Positions 29,845-40,082 of a stretch of DNA of 64,000 nucleotides are shown here, in pieces (positions within the stretch are counted from its first letter, which is position 1; each line of letters starts with the position of its first letter). The stretch spans positions 60,720 to 124,719 of IMG/VR virus record IMGVR_UViG_3300008120_000016; one strand, written 5' to 3'. The DNA is from a virus. Below the pieces are notes generated by a model. It did no database searches and was not told the DNA's origin. It was given only the letters and a program-made list of their open reading frames with translations. A program made the translations under genes and the position numbers.

Positions 29845-32800
29845 TATCTAGGTGATTGAAGAATTTTTTGATTAGATATTTTAAACAAATATTTATTTTG
29901 TCCACTTTTTACTTTTCTTAAAAATATTCTATTTACATTATGTCTAAATTTCTTTCTTTCTAATGCAGCTTTTGAATAATTTACATAAGCAGGGTTAATA
30001 TTAAATTTATAACCATTTGGTTCAATATTTAACATAGGAAGATTAACTGATGCAAATTCCCCTCTGTCTTTTGTAATATCCCAAAACTGATTAAACCTAT
30101 ATTTATTCTCTTCTTTAGAATATTGTATCTTAATTGTGTTTGCTCCAATTTGCGGATAACTTAACAAATTTACAGCATCATTCTTAGATTTAAGTACAAG
30201 TTCTAAAATTCCTGAAATTTGTTCAGAATTATAAATCATAGCTTGATCAAAATTTTCATCAAGAATATGAAACTTATCTCTACAATTATTATACATTGTA
30301 TACACTTCCAACAAATATTCTAAGTTTCTCATAGAGTTTACTTGTTGCCCAGTGGCTGATACAAACTCTACTTCAAAAGGATAATCAACACCATAAAAGT
30401 TACAATAACTATTACATACTACATTATGTTTCCAAATACTATTATCCTTAACCGACAAAAAATGATTCTTACCTGGAATCAAAAATGTTGGAATCCAATC
30501 ATGAAAACTTACCCATGATTTAGATTTAGGATCATAGCTTATTGTCCAACTTGCATCTTCAAAATAATCTTTATCGTCAAAGTTTATTTTAACACCACCA
30601 GCTGTAAACATATTACCATCTGAATCAAAAGTAAATGTTTGAAACTTTGGCTTATAATCCTTTTTAGTAATATACAAAATTTCGTTGGTATTATCATAAA
30701 TACATTGAACTCCTACACCTTTTACTGGATTATCATACAAGGGATAATTTGGATATTGCAGTAATAGCTGAGAAGGTAAATATCTAGAAAACCACCATTT
30801 TAAACCACCATTTGATATTTCATTTAATTGACCTGTATATTGAAATACCTTTCCTTGATTTTGACTTACATAGAATAAACCGTGAAGTGTATTTACAGAA
30901 CTAAATCTACTTTGGTTTGATCCATACTCATATGATGCGTCTGTATTTACAATAGCTTGCATAGGTTGTTGAAATAAACCTCCGTCTCCTATTGTTAACT
31001 TAGCACCAGTACCATCTACCTTTAATTCTTCCAATCCCATAAATTGTAGTGGACTTTGGTAAGCCATCATAAAAAATCCATTATAAAAATTACCTGATTT
31101 AATTATATCAGATCTAAACATTGCAGCAAGCTCCGTAAACCTTGTAGGATCGTAATGTCTTTTTGCTATTTCTTCATCCCAATCTCTGTAAGCACAGTTT
31201 ACTTCACTTTCAATAAAAAATTCTCTTACACCAGAATTAAAAAGATAAAAGAAACCTCTAGATACATAAAATGCGTTTAAAAAACCACCATTTTGTCTAG
31301 CATCTAATGATCTAAAAGTTGAAGGTTGCTGCAATAAATGCAATTTTACAATACTACTATTTATCCAATGTCTGGGATATGGTATATTTATATACAGCGT
31401 ATAATCATATTCGGTTTCATCGGGCTCACCCATTAACCAAGTAGTAAAGAAAAACATTGTGTTTTTCTCAGTAAATCTTGATACATATATATCTCCACCA
31501 AATAAAACTTCTGTTGATTCTCTAAGAAGAGTAGAAGTTCTTATAGGATTAATACACGTATCTATTGGCAATTGTTTTATAGATTCTAATTGCCCATACT
31601 GAGTTGCTAAATTTATTTTTAAAGCAGCATGGTGTGCAGAAATGGTGCTACCAGGTGCTTCACTAAATATCCAACGACTATTATCTATTGTAAGAGGATC
31701 CTCAATATTTGCAGCACTATTATCTATAGCTACAATAGCAAATTTGCTTCTATATAAATTATTAACTTGTAAAACTTCTACAGGATTTTGTTTAGTAAAA
31801 TATTGTATGTGAGGAGAAATGTATGCTGCTTGATCAATTCTTCTTCTTCTATTTCCTAATCTTGAAGGAACTGTTCTATTATAAAATCCTGATGATATAA
31901 ATTGTGAACAATATTGAATTCGTGGAACCAAGTATCTAAAGATTTGCATAACCTTTTCAGATTGTACTTCTGTAAAGTAAGCAGCTAATAAAAATAAAGC
32001 TCCTGTAATAACTACCCATAAAGCTAATCTTAATGCATATTCAATCCATCCTAAAACTGTTGCCCATAAGTTTGCAACACCACCACCTGCAGGAGGAAGA
32101 GGAGGTGGTTGTAGTGGAGGAAACGTAAATGCAATTGGTAAATCCTCAGTACCTGTAAACTCAAGTCCTTGGGCTATTATATTAACACCAGCAACAGCAC
32201 CAACTATATCAGAAATAAATTTAACAAAGTTTGCTAAAACTTTAAATCTTGGATGTCTATAAGGAGTTTCAAAAAATCCACTAACGTTACCAACATACTC
32301 ATTGTATATTTTTAATTCACTAACGTTTAAAAACGGATTACTAAACGTAACATCTGGACTATGAAATGAGAATATATCTTTACGATATGAACTCATTTTA
32401 CTATAGTTAACATTACCATTAGAGTCTCCATTAGTACCATTTACAAGATCAGTTGTTAAATAAGGATCTGGTCTTAAATCATTATAAGGATAATTTTGAA
32501 AAAGTCCTCTTTGAGTATTACCCGGTATAGGATAATCTCTCATATTGCAAATAATACCCTTTGCAATAATTGATTTGTTTCCTTCACGAGATCCTCTTAA
32601 TATTTGATAGCCTACAATAGATTCAATAGGATTTCCATTGTTATCAAGTGGTGCAGCAATATTTTCAAAAGCTACACCTAACAAAACAAGTTTGGTACCT
32701 CCAGGTACACCTGGACCACCTGTGTCAAAAGTTGCTGGAAAATTATCAACTGTTTCATCAGGCATCTTATGGTGACGAATTTTTTTACCACATAAGTTAC

Positions 32801-34199
32801 CCCAAACAGTAGGATTATTATCTGGATAGTATTCTTCACTTTCCCAAAAAGCCATTCTACCAGAAGCAATTATTCTTCCACCTTCTAAATAAGAAGGGCT
32901 AGATTGAATGTTTGAATCAACAATGGCTGTATTTTTAACTTGCCAAACTTTTCTTGAAAATGCAGATGGTCCTGTTGTTTCGAATGCATCGTTTACTATA
33001 CCTGTAATATTTGCTTCATCACCAGATAAAGGAGCTCTGCCGGGTATATGATACGATTCACTAAGTTCACCTGTATTATAAACAAATCGAATAAAGAAGG
33101 AATATACCTCATCTCTTAAATATCCAGTTTTATTATTACCTTTTTCATAATAATCATTAGGATATTGAACAGCTACCCACTTTGCTCTAATTTGATTTGC
33201 TAATGGTTGATAATTAAATTTAAACTTACTATATGTACCTACTCTTAATAAATAATTATTTATAGAGTACATAGCATCACTTTTTTCTATTGCCTCAGAT
33301 CTAAATACTATATCAGCCACACTAACATTAACAAACTCTAAATTCCATCTATCAACGTGTATTATACCTTGTGAAGTTGAATAATAACCAATTCTTTTAG
33401 CAACTGTTTGAGCATTAACATTAGACAATATTACAAGTTCAAATTCGTCAAAATCTCTATCAATATCAGTAACAATAATTTCTAAAGAGCCATTTACATT
33501 ATCATGTGACCATATTGGTTGTACAGCTGTTAATCCAATATAATCTGTAACTTTTACCTGATTAACTGTGTATGCAATACATGCTTGATATGACCCATTC
33601 GGAAGTGTTCCAGGAACCTTACCTTTTTTAATTGTAAGACAAGGATGTGTAATTAATGGAGCAAGTCTAAGAGATTCACAGTTTACAGTATTTAGATAAT
33701 TTCTTACTCTGCAATTATTAACATATGTGTCTACATAGTTAAAGTATTGCTGAACATTGTCTATATCAATTACTCTTGTTGGATTGCGACCATCATCCCA
33801 ATACACTAATCTTTCACAATCATATCTTCTTCTAAATACACCTGTGATTAAATTACTTTTTCTAAAATTTAAACATTTACTATTCAGTTGTTTTTGATAT
33901 GTACATGCTGATTCATCAAATATTCCTATTTCAGAATCAAGATCATCTGTAGTAAATACAGCCCATTGGTCATCACCTAAGTGAACAGTTCCAATAAGAG
34001 TATATGGAAGATTGACACAATTAATATTCGAGGGTTCATTACCAATTATACCCACTTGTCCATCATGAGAATTATTTACAGCGTTACGTGCATGGGTATA
34101 TTGTCCCTCTCCTACAAAGGTTTCATTATAATCTTTCAACATACCTTTATTAAAGGTATTTGTTGTAGCTTGTGGATTACCTTGTTGATTCTCAGCCAT
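29844..34199 (-). CDS. Tail muzzle / stabilization protein (crAss-like, P22 gp10-like role), 1451 aa
   Basis: N-terminal FNKGMLKD...YTHARNAVN, LYWDDGRNPTRVIDI, SYQACIAYT, YLRDEVYSFFIRFVY, KIRHHKMPD, SWTISYDPKSKSWVSFHDWIP. Follows the ring genes as in crAss-like tails. Confidence 0.8.
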   Translation of the reverse strand: MAENQQGNPQATTNTFNKGMLKDYNETFVGEGQYTHARNAVNNSHDGQVGIIGNEPSNINCVNLPYTLIGTVHLGDDQWAVFTTDDLDSEIGIFDESACTYQKQLNSKCLNFRKSNLITGVFRRRYDCERLVYWDDGRNPTRVIDIDNVQQYFNYVDTYVNNCRVRNYLNTVNCESLRLAPLITHPCLTIKKGKVPGTLPNGSYQACIAYTVNQVKVTDYIGLTAVQPIWSHDNVNGSLEIIVTDIDRDFDEFELVILSNVNAQTVAKRIGYYSTSQGIIHVDRWNLEFVNVSVADIVFRSEAIEKSDAMYSINNYLLRVGTYSKFKFNYQPLANQIRAKWVAVQYPNDYYEKGNNKTGYLRDEVYSFFIRFVYNTGELSESYHIPGRAPLSGDEANITGIVNDAFETTGPSAFSRKVWQVKNTAIVDSNIQSSPSYLEGGRIIASGRMAFWESEEYYPDNNPTVWGNLCGKKIRHHKMPDETVDNFPATFDTGGPGVPGGTKLVLLGVAFENIAAPLDNNGNPIESIVGYQILRGSREGNKSIIAKGIICNMRDYPIPGNTQRGLFQNYPYNDLRPDPYLTTDLVNGTNGDSNGNVNYSKMSSYRKDIFSFHSPDVTFSNPFLNVSELKIYNEYVGNVSGFFETPYRHPRFKVLANFVKFISDIVGAVAGVNIIAQGLEFTGTEDLPIAFTFPPLQPPPLPPAGGGVANLWATVLGWIEYALRLALWVVITGALFLLAAYFTEVQSEKVMQIFRYLVPRIQYCSQFISSGFYNRTVPSRLGNRRRRIDQAAYISPHIQYFTKQNPVEVLQVNNLYRSKFAIVAIDNSAANIEDPLTIDNSRWIFSEAPGSTISAHHAALKINLATQYGQLESIKQLPIDTCINPIRTSTLLRESTEVLFGGDIYVSRFTEKNTMFFFTTWLMGEPDETEYDYTLYINIPYPRHWINSSIVKLHLLQQPSTFRSLDARQNGGFLNAFYVSRGFFYLFNSGVREFFIESEVNCAYRDWDEEIAKRHYDPTRFTELAAMFRSDIIKSGNFYNGFFMMAYQSPLQFMGLEELKVDGTGAKLTIGDGGLFQQPMQAIVNTDASYEYGSNQSRFSSVNTLHGLFYVSQNQGKVFQYTGQLNEISNGGLKWWFSRYLPSQLLLQYPNYPLYDNPVKGVGVQCIYDNTNEILYITKKDYKPKFQTFTFDSDGNMFTAGGVKINFDDKDYFEDASWTISYDPKSKSWVSFHDWIPTFLIPGKNHFLSVKDNSIWKHNVVCNSYCNFYGVDYPFEVEFVSATGQQVNSMRNLEYLLEVYTMYNNCRDKFHILDENFDQAMIYNSEQISGILELVLKSKNDAVNLLSYPQIGANTIKIQYSKEENKYRFNQFWDITKDRGEFASVNLPMLNIEPNGYKFNINPAYVNYSKAALERKKFRHNVNRIFLRKVKSGQNKYLFKISNQKILQSPR

Positions 34200-34554
34200 G
34201 TTTGATAAATAACTTCTTTTTATCTATAAACTTATAAATAACACCGGTTAAATGACCACATAACCAAGCTTGTGCCTCTTCATCTGATATTCCTCTGTCT
34301 TCAGTAACTCTTACAACAGCGTGATATACTTCATGAGCTATTGTGTTATGTGATAAATATTTACTATCTATTATTAAATAATACTTGTCAATATCCGGAG
34401 AAACTAATATACCTTCACTTTCTCCATCATCTTCTGAGTTTTTTAGTTTATATTTTTTGTCAAGTTTTTTTACAGAAGCATTTAATTGATCTGTAATTGA
34501 AAAAACTACACTACAATTATACGTTTCTAATTTTATGGTTAATGATATTTTCAT
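34192..34554 (-). CDS. Small zincin-like (HExxH) protein
   Basis: TIAHEVYHAV...DEEAQAWLCGHL. Confidence 0.6.
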   Translation of the reverse strand: MKISLTIKLETYNCSVVFSITDQLNASVKKLDKKYKLKNSEDDGESEGILVSPDIDKYYLIIDSKYLSHNTIAHEVYHAVVRVTEDRGISDEEAQAWLCGHLTGVIYKFIDKKKLFIKHG

Positions 34555-35417
34555 TAATAACCGTCTTGAGTTTTAAACATGTTATAGTATTTGTGATAAA
34601 TACCTTTTCGGTTTAATTCCCAATTTTTCTTCAGCTCAGAGAAATTAGGAGTATTAACAATTGACAATGCGTTATTTCTAGCTACTCGTAATCTTTGCTC
34701 AACTAATTGCATTTTTTGCCCTACGTCTTCTCCATTGATATATAAGTTTTCTAAAAGACGTTGTTTAATAGCATACTCATAATATTCATTAATCATTGGA
34801 TGATCAAGAACTAAAAGATTTCCTTCATCATCTTCTAATGCTCCTTGATATGAAATAAATATTTTACCATTATCTATATTAGTATAAATAAATCCATTTT
34901 TAATGTACCCAATATTACCTGACTGAGTATCATCTAAAGCATCGCATTTTCCAGAACTGGTAGCAATTTTAATTCTATCAAAAGTTTCATATATCCTTGT
35001 TTCAGTTTTTCTTTTTTCTACAACCTGTACGTATATCTTTTCTCCATTTTGACACTCTTGTACATATGTAGCTTCACATTCACATTCAGTGTTACATCCA
35101 CATTTAGGACAATGATCCATTATAACATTTTCGGTTTCTCTACCAGCATTTGCTCTATACGTTACTTTATAAGTAGAGCACATATAAGCATAGTTTAAAA
35201 CATAAAAATCATCTGGTAATTTTACCTTTCGTTTTTCAACTTCAAGAAGTTTCTCTTTAGTTCCGTGAATTCTTAATCCTAAATCATAATTTATTTTTTG
35301 AGCTATTTTAATTAACTGAGAAGGTTCAATTAAACCTTCATTATTATACATTGTAAAGTCTATGCTAACCTCGCCTAAAAGGTCATTAAAAGTTCTATAT
35401 TGTAACTCAGTGTTCAT
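34554..35417 (-). CDS. Tail ring / tubular protein (crAss-like)
   Basis: YIKNGFIYTN...GKIFISYQGALEDDEGNLLVLDH...YYEYAIKQRLLE. Located immediately upstream of the muzzle module. Confidence 0.65.
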   Translation of the reverse strand: MNTELQYRTFNDLLGEVSIDFTMYNNEGLIEPSQLIKIAQKINYDLGLRIHGTKEKLLEVEKRKVKLPDDFYVLNYAYMCSTYKVTYRANAGRETENVIMDHCPKCGCNTECECEATYVQECQNGEKIYVQVVEKRKTETRIYETFDRIKIATSSGKCDALDDTQSGNIGYIKNGFIYTNIDNGKIFISYQGALEDDEGNLLVLDHPMINEYYEYAIKQRLLENLYINGEDVGQKMQLVEQRLRVARNNALSIVNTPNFSELKKNWELNRKGIYHKYYNMFKTQDGY

Positions 35418-36091
35418 TATCTAGCTATATTTTGTTTATCAATTGCAGTATCAACCGGTACTTGATACATTCCTAATAAATCTTTTACAACATAACCTTC
35501 TAACTCTGCTAATAAATAATCCGGTACATTGAAAGATTGATCATGCTTGACTAAACATTCATCTTCTTCACAAGTCCATTTACTTATGTCATCTTCAAAT
35601 ATTCCTTCTATACGTATAGCGTCCCATTCTAAATTTGGAAAATATAAGTAGTCATTTAAATACCAATAGTATTTTGTTTTGTTATATTTAAAATTTTTAG
35701 AATTTGCTACATGTATATAACTGCTTGGAAGAATTGGTTGCAATTCTTCAGATGCATCTAATGAACTTACAGTTCTAATCAATGGTCCAAAATACCCCTG
35801 TAAAAAAACAGGAAGCTTTTCTTTTGTACGTTTAATAGTACAATCTGATTTAATACCAGTACAACACGCTTCAACTTTATCAATTTCAATTAATTCTACA
35901 AAATCCATTGTTTGAATTACGGCAGAAAAAGCCATTAATTTACTTTTAGAATCTTCACGTTTCATTAAAAACTTTGCATTTTTTAATACAAACGTGTAAA
36001 TCATTCTATCAGTTAAAAGAGCATCTTGCTTATCTCCTTTTACTTGACTTCTTATTCTTGAAACAATTTCTCCAATAGTATTTTTAGCCAT
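35417..36091 (-). CDS. Tail ring / tubular protein (crAss-like)
   Basis: TIGEIVSRIRSQVK...TDRMIY...CTIKRTKEKLP...YYWYLNDYLYF...IRIEGIFED. Synteny with crAss-like tail genes. Confidence 0.65.
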   Translation of the reverse strand: MAKNTIGEIVSRIRSQVKGDKQDALLTDRMIYTFVLKNAKFLMKREDSKSKLMAFSAVIQTMDFVELIEIDKVEACCTGIKSDCTIKRTKEKLPVFLQGYFGPLIRTVSSLDASEELQPILPSSYIHVANSKNFKYNKTKYYWYLNDYLYFPNLEWDAIRIEGIFEDDISKWTCEEDECLVKHDQSFNVPDYLLAELEGYVVKDLLGMYQVPVDTAIDKQNIAR

Positions 36092-36092
36092 T

Positions 36093-36677
36093 TTAGTCTA
36101 AATTAAATTCATCATAGTTTTCAAGTAATAAACCTAATTCTTCTTGCTTTGATTGTTTAAATTTTTCAATTCTAAACAATCTACTTATTTTAAGTTTGTT
36201 ATCAACCATAACATATTTTTTCCACTCAAGAGGGTATGTTTTTGCCACTGTTCTTTTAAAATCTCTTACTCCAGTAAAACCCCATAAGTCATGATTCTTA
36301 AACCTATATTTAGTTTCAAAGTTGGTATAAAATATTTTTGCAGTGTATTGATCAGATTCCCAATTTTGATTCTGAACTTTAACTCCATAATATTCTGACT
36401 TTTTATAGTTTGTATTGTCCCATTTCTTTTTTGGACAAGTTCCTATAAAAAGATACCCAAGCTGCTCTGGTAATTGAACTCCGTCACGTTCATTAATTAC
36501 ATTTTTCCATATCTTACCATTAAACAGATTAATTATATTTTTAAACGTTTTTAACGTTAAAGACGCATACCTAGGATTTTTCATTACAAAATCATTGTAA
36601 GCATCAACGTTAGTTAAGTTTAATTTTTTTGGTCTAAACCTCGGACCATTTAAATTTGGTTTTTTATATTTTTTCAC
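36093..36677 (-). CDS. Basic protein, probable IHF/HU-like DNA-binding protein of crAss-like phages
   Basis: Lys-rich. FKNIINLFNGKIWKNVINERDGVQLPEQLGYLFIG resembles an HU/IHF-like core. Sits next to the ring genes as crAss IHF-like genes do. Confidence 0.45.
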   Translation of the reverse strand: MKKYKKPNLNGPRFRPKKLNLTNVDAYNDFVMKNPRYASLTLKTFKNIINLFNGKIWKNVINERDGVQLPEQLGYLFIGTCPKKKWDNTNYKKSEYYGVKVQNQNWESDQYTAKIFYTNFETKYRFKNHDLWGFTGVRDFKRTVAKTYPLEWKKYVMVDNKLKISRLFRIEKFKQSKQEELGLLLENYDEFNLD

Positions 36678-36686
36678 AACTTCTAT

Positions 36687-36731
36687 ATTATTAATTTACA
36701 AAAAATCTTTGAAGTTTCCTACTTAAACTTT
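36687..36731 (-). promoter_or_regulatory. Conserved intergenic element copy B (candidate phage promoter) AAAGTTT-N7-AAACTTCAAAGATTTTTT-G-TAAATTAATA
   Basis: Near-identical to 18937-18982. Lies upstream of the ATG at 36677. Confidence 0.6.
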
Positions 36732-37935
36732 AAATGTTTACATTATAAGTAAACTCGGATGTTTTACCTTTTTCTACATCATGTACTTCCATAACAGCTT
36801 GACGCTTTGACCCAATATACTTATTATGATAATGCCAATAATCAGTTGAACAAAGGCTAGGAAGATGTTTAATAGCAAACCCATTGGTTTCATTTTCGCT
36901 GACATATTCTGTTGTTTTTTTAGAATGGAAATGTCCAGTGTAACATGTACGATATTTAGTTCTGCCCCAAAGTTCAGGATATTCTGTAGCATATACAAGT
37001 GGAGTATTCTTTTTATTTACATCTCCGTGTTCAAACGCAAAAAAGTTATGACCATAAACTACAACTTTTCTTTCTGAGTATTCAACATCAAAATAGATCG
37101 AATAGTCTTCTTTGTCAAAACATTTTGAAAGAGCATGAGCTAAATGAAAAGAACTAAGTCGGTCGTGATTACCAGGAACATATACAACATGTAAGTTTTC
37201 ACAAAATTGTTTAAGATAACATACAGACCAATATAGTGCATCAAATGCTTGTTTATAAGCTTGATGTGCTAACATACTATTATTTATAGGAGTTCCAGAT
37301 GTAGTAGTTCCATTAAACGTATCCATATTTAAAACATCTCCACCAATAACGTAAACAATTTTGTTTAGTTTGTGTGACATGTAAGCTCTATGTACAAGAT
37401 CTTTTACTGCTGTTTTAAAATTATCTACTATATCATCATTGTATTCTTTACCAAAATGCAAATCCTGTATTGACAAAATACCAACAGTATCATTTTCAAA
37501 TTTATTATTGATATATATCTCACCACTAAGAGGTTGATATTCAGGCTCAAAATTGGCTATTACTTCAGCTAGTATATCTTTTTCATCTTTTCTTATAGCA
37601 GTGACAAAAGCTGACACATGCCAACCATCATGTTTTTGTTTGTTCCAGTAATTACTAAGCTTCCATTTAGTAGTATCTATTTTAAGAAGCTGAATTATTT
37701 CTTCAGCAGTTTTTGGTTCTATAGAAAATATCCCCATTATTTCAGCTTCACCTTTAGCAACATTTTCTTTAACTTCAACAACTCTATCTTTAATTATTGG
37801 TTCTGGATAAGATTCTGTTAATACTTTTTGTTTAATTTCTTTATACTTTTTAATAGGGATTCCAAGTCTTACTGAACAATAGTAATCAGATTTTTTCCAC
37901 CTTATGGAATTTTTAACTTGATCATAAATATTCAT
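36730..37935 (-). CDS. Calcineurin-like metallophosphoesterase
   Basis: Motifs DLHFG, GGDVLNMD, VPGNHD, FEHGD, TGHFH. Start moved from 37977 to the ATG at 37935 because the called extension runs through a terminator. Confidence 0.85.
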   Translation of the reverse strand: MNIYDQVKNSIRWKKSDYYCSVRLGIPIKKYKEIKQKVLTESYPEPIIKDRVVEVKENVAKGEAEIMGIFSIEPKTAEEIIQLLKIDTTKWKLSNYWNKQKHDGWHVSAFVTAIRKDEKDILAEVIANFEPEYQPLSGEIYINNKFENDTVGILSIQDLHFGKEYNDDIVDNFKTAVKDLVHRAYMSHKLNKIVYVIGGDVLNMDTFNGTTTSGTPINNSMLAHQAYKQAFDALYWSVCYLKQFCENLHVVYVPGNHDRLSSFHLAHALSKCFDKEDYSIYFDVEYSERKVVVYGHNFFAFEHGDVNKKNTPLVYATEYPELWGRTKYRTCYTGHFHSKKTTEYVSENETNGFAIKHLPSLCSTDYWHYHNKYIGSKRQAVMEVHDVEKGKTSEFTYNVNI

Positions 37936-37960
37936 ATGGCATATATTATTTAATTTGTAT

Positions 37961-37995
37961 AAAAAATAGAGCCCCAACGTAGAAACGTCAGGGCT
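37961..37995 (-). terminator. Intrinsic terminator
   Basis: AGCCCTGACGT-TTCT-ACGTTGGGGCT (11-bp stem with 2 G:U) followed by CTATTTTTT, downstream of the glycosylation genes. Confidence 0.8.
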
Positions 37996-38043
37996 GTGTT
38001 TGTCAGGATTAAACCAACAAAACCTGACTTATATTATTTATAA

Positions 38044-38829
38044 TTATTCTTTGCATGGTCTAGCTAAATGCTTATATCCCAAAAAATCAACATACTTTCT
38101 AGTATCCGGAACACTCCAATATTCACCTAAAAAACTCATGTTTTTTTCATAGTGTCCCATATCTCTGTTAGTATAAATATGATGCAAGTGTAATAATTCA
38201 GCATCAATTCTATATTTTTTTAAATTAAGTGCAGAACATTTGTGAGCAAACGCATCATCTTCAGCCCCCCATCCTTTAAATCTTTCATCATACCCACCAA
38301 TACAATAAAAATTTTTAGCACTTAAAATATTTACACCACCGTGTATATTAACAATATACTCTAATTTTCTGGTTTTTTCGTTATTTCCTGTATTAATATC
38401 TTCATTATTTACAAAGTTTTTTGTCTCATCTTCTGACATATAATACATTGCATCTTTAAAAGGTAGAACAAAATAGTCGTCAAAATACTCATAGTATTCT
38501 TCAATGTTTTCAAGTACTTTTTTTTCTATTAAACAATCAGCATCTCCAAATATTATGTAGTCAGCACAAAAAGATGATTGACTTATATTGTAACCTATAT
38601 TAAACAAAAAACCTCTGTTAAAATGATCATCGTTTGTGTTAACTTTAAAATGTTTATGATAACAACCTGATACCTCACTCATATCAGTTTTTGAATCTTG
38701 CTCTACAATTATAATCTTACAATCTTTTAAAAATCTATTATAATACTTGATAGTATAAAATAAATTTCTTTTTCTATCAGGTGTAGAATACCTAAAAGGT
38801 ATAACAACACATATTTGTTTTTTATCCAT
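38044..38829 (-). CDS. GT-A glycosyltransferase, GT7/GT2 galactosyltransferase-like
   Basis: VVIPFR, IIIVEQD, FNRGFLFNIG, DxD motif FGDAD, GGYDERFKGWGAEDDAF. Confidence 0.88.
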   Translation of the reverse strand: MDKKQICVVIPFRYSTPDRKRNLFYTIKYYNRFLKDCKIIIVEQDSKTDMSEVSGCYHKHFKVNTNDDHFNRGFLFNIGYNISQSSFCADYIIFGDADCLIEKKVLENIEEYYEYFDDYFVLPFKDAMYYMSEDETKNFVNNEDINTGNNEKTRKLEYIVNIHGGVNILSAKNFYCIGGYDERFKGWGAEDDAFAHKCSALNLKKYRIDAELLHLHHIYTNRDMGHYEKNMSFLGEYWSVPDTRKYVDFLGYKHLARPCKE

Positions 38830-39429
38830 TTAAAACCAAGTATTAATTTTACAACCTAATTTTGTTAAATCAGATATGATTTCATTTTTTGTATCGACAG
38901 ATTCTTTTGGATACATTCTTCCTTCATGAAACTCTACATAAAACTCTTTAATTTTAGAAGCAGTGTTTTCTTTAATCATTTTTCTTAAAATTTCAAACTC
39001 TGCTCCTTCAATATCTAGTTTGCATATTATATGAGAATCATTTGGTAAATCATTTACAAATTTGCTAAGATCAATACTAGGAATTGTAACTTGTGTTTCA
39101 TATCCTAAATGATTAAATCCAATTCCTTGTATAGATGACCCCCACCCATCAATGTTTGAAGCACCATCGGTTGGAGAACCACTTCCACTTTTAGTATGAT
39201 TTTCTTGATTAAATGTAACAATTCCATCTTCTACCCAAACAGCTTTGTTAAAAGAAGTTATATCTAATGAGTATTTGTTACGAAGTAATTCAACTCTTTC
39301 TTCAATAAAGCAAGCTGGATTAGCTTCAAATGAATAAATTTTATAATCTGTAGTAATTATTCCATTGTTTATAAAATATTCCAATCCTTCTCCGTGATGA
39401 AATCCACAATCTAAAAATATTTTTTTCAT
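38830..39429 (-). CDS. FkbM-family SAM-dependent methyltransferase
   Basis: IFLDCGFHHGEG, IYSFEANP, NKAVW, CKLDIEGAEFEIL. Confidence 0.88.
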   Translation of the reverse strand: MKKIFLDCGFHHGEGLEYFINNGIITTDYKIYSFEANPACFIEERVELLRNKYSLDITSFNKAVWVEDGIVTFNQENHTKSGSGSPTDGASNIDGWGSSIQGIGFNHLGYETQVTIPSIDLSKFVNDLPNDSHIICKLDIEGAEFEILRKMIKENTASKIKEFYVEFHEGRMYPKESVDTKNEIISDLTKLGCKINTWF

Positions 39430-39431
39430 TA

Positions 39432-40082
39432 TTATTGGTTTATTAAAAAGTTAGAAGTTGAAATGTTTTTACCATGAATGTGCCAGATGATATTTTCTCG
39501 ATTATCAATTTCTGCTATATTACAATTTTTACACCAAGCATCCCTCCACATATGATCTTCAAATCCATAAATTGATTCAGATTCTAATACACACTTTAAT
39601 CCCTTTTTATTAAAAGCAAATGTAGGTGGCATATTAAAATCACAACCTTCTGGATTACCACCTAAGTTTGGTGCATTGATCCATCTTAAAATAGCTCCAT
39701 TCAATTGATATTTTATCTTAGATGACACAACATCTACAGATGGATTATTTTGAAAAAATTCTACTATTGTTTTAACATAATCTTTTTTGTAAATATCATC
39801 ATCGTCTATTTTAACAAACAAATCATAATTATCAAAATCAACTGATATAATTGAATTTGTGTAATTAAAATGTTGATGTTTATTTTCATTAATAACAATG
39901 TTTACATCATCTATATCATCATACAATATAGTATAGTCAGTATAATCATCTGCATCATGTGCAATATTAATAGAATGGAAAAGATTCTTATAGCTTTGAT
40001 TTTTAATATCAGCTATAGTACCCCTTAGCATTTTGTGTCTTTTGTAACTTGTTGTAAAGCACAATACTTTTAAATCAGACAT
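39432..40082 (-). CDS. GT2-like glycosyltransferase
   Basis: FTTSYKR...IKNQSY, FVKIDDDDIY, GFEDHMW. Confidence 0.75.
   Translation of the reverse strand: MSDLKVLCFTTSYKRHKMLRGTIADIKNQSYKNLFHSINIAHDADDYTDYTILYDDIDDVNIVINENKHQHFNYTNSIISVDFDNYDLFVKIDDDDIYKKDYVKTIVEFFQNNPSVDVVSSKIKYQLNGAILRWINAPNLGGNPEGCDFNMPPTFAFNKKGLKCVLESESIYGFEDHMWRDAWCKNCNIAEIDNRENIIWHIHGKNISTSNFLINQ

Noticed and set aside
37936-37977. Called N-terminal extension (MGLYFLYKLNNICH) of the phosphoesterase
   Set aside because: It overlaps the terminator hairpin and U-tract. The ATG at 37935 is the more plausible start.
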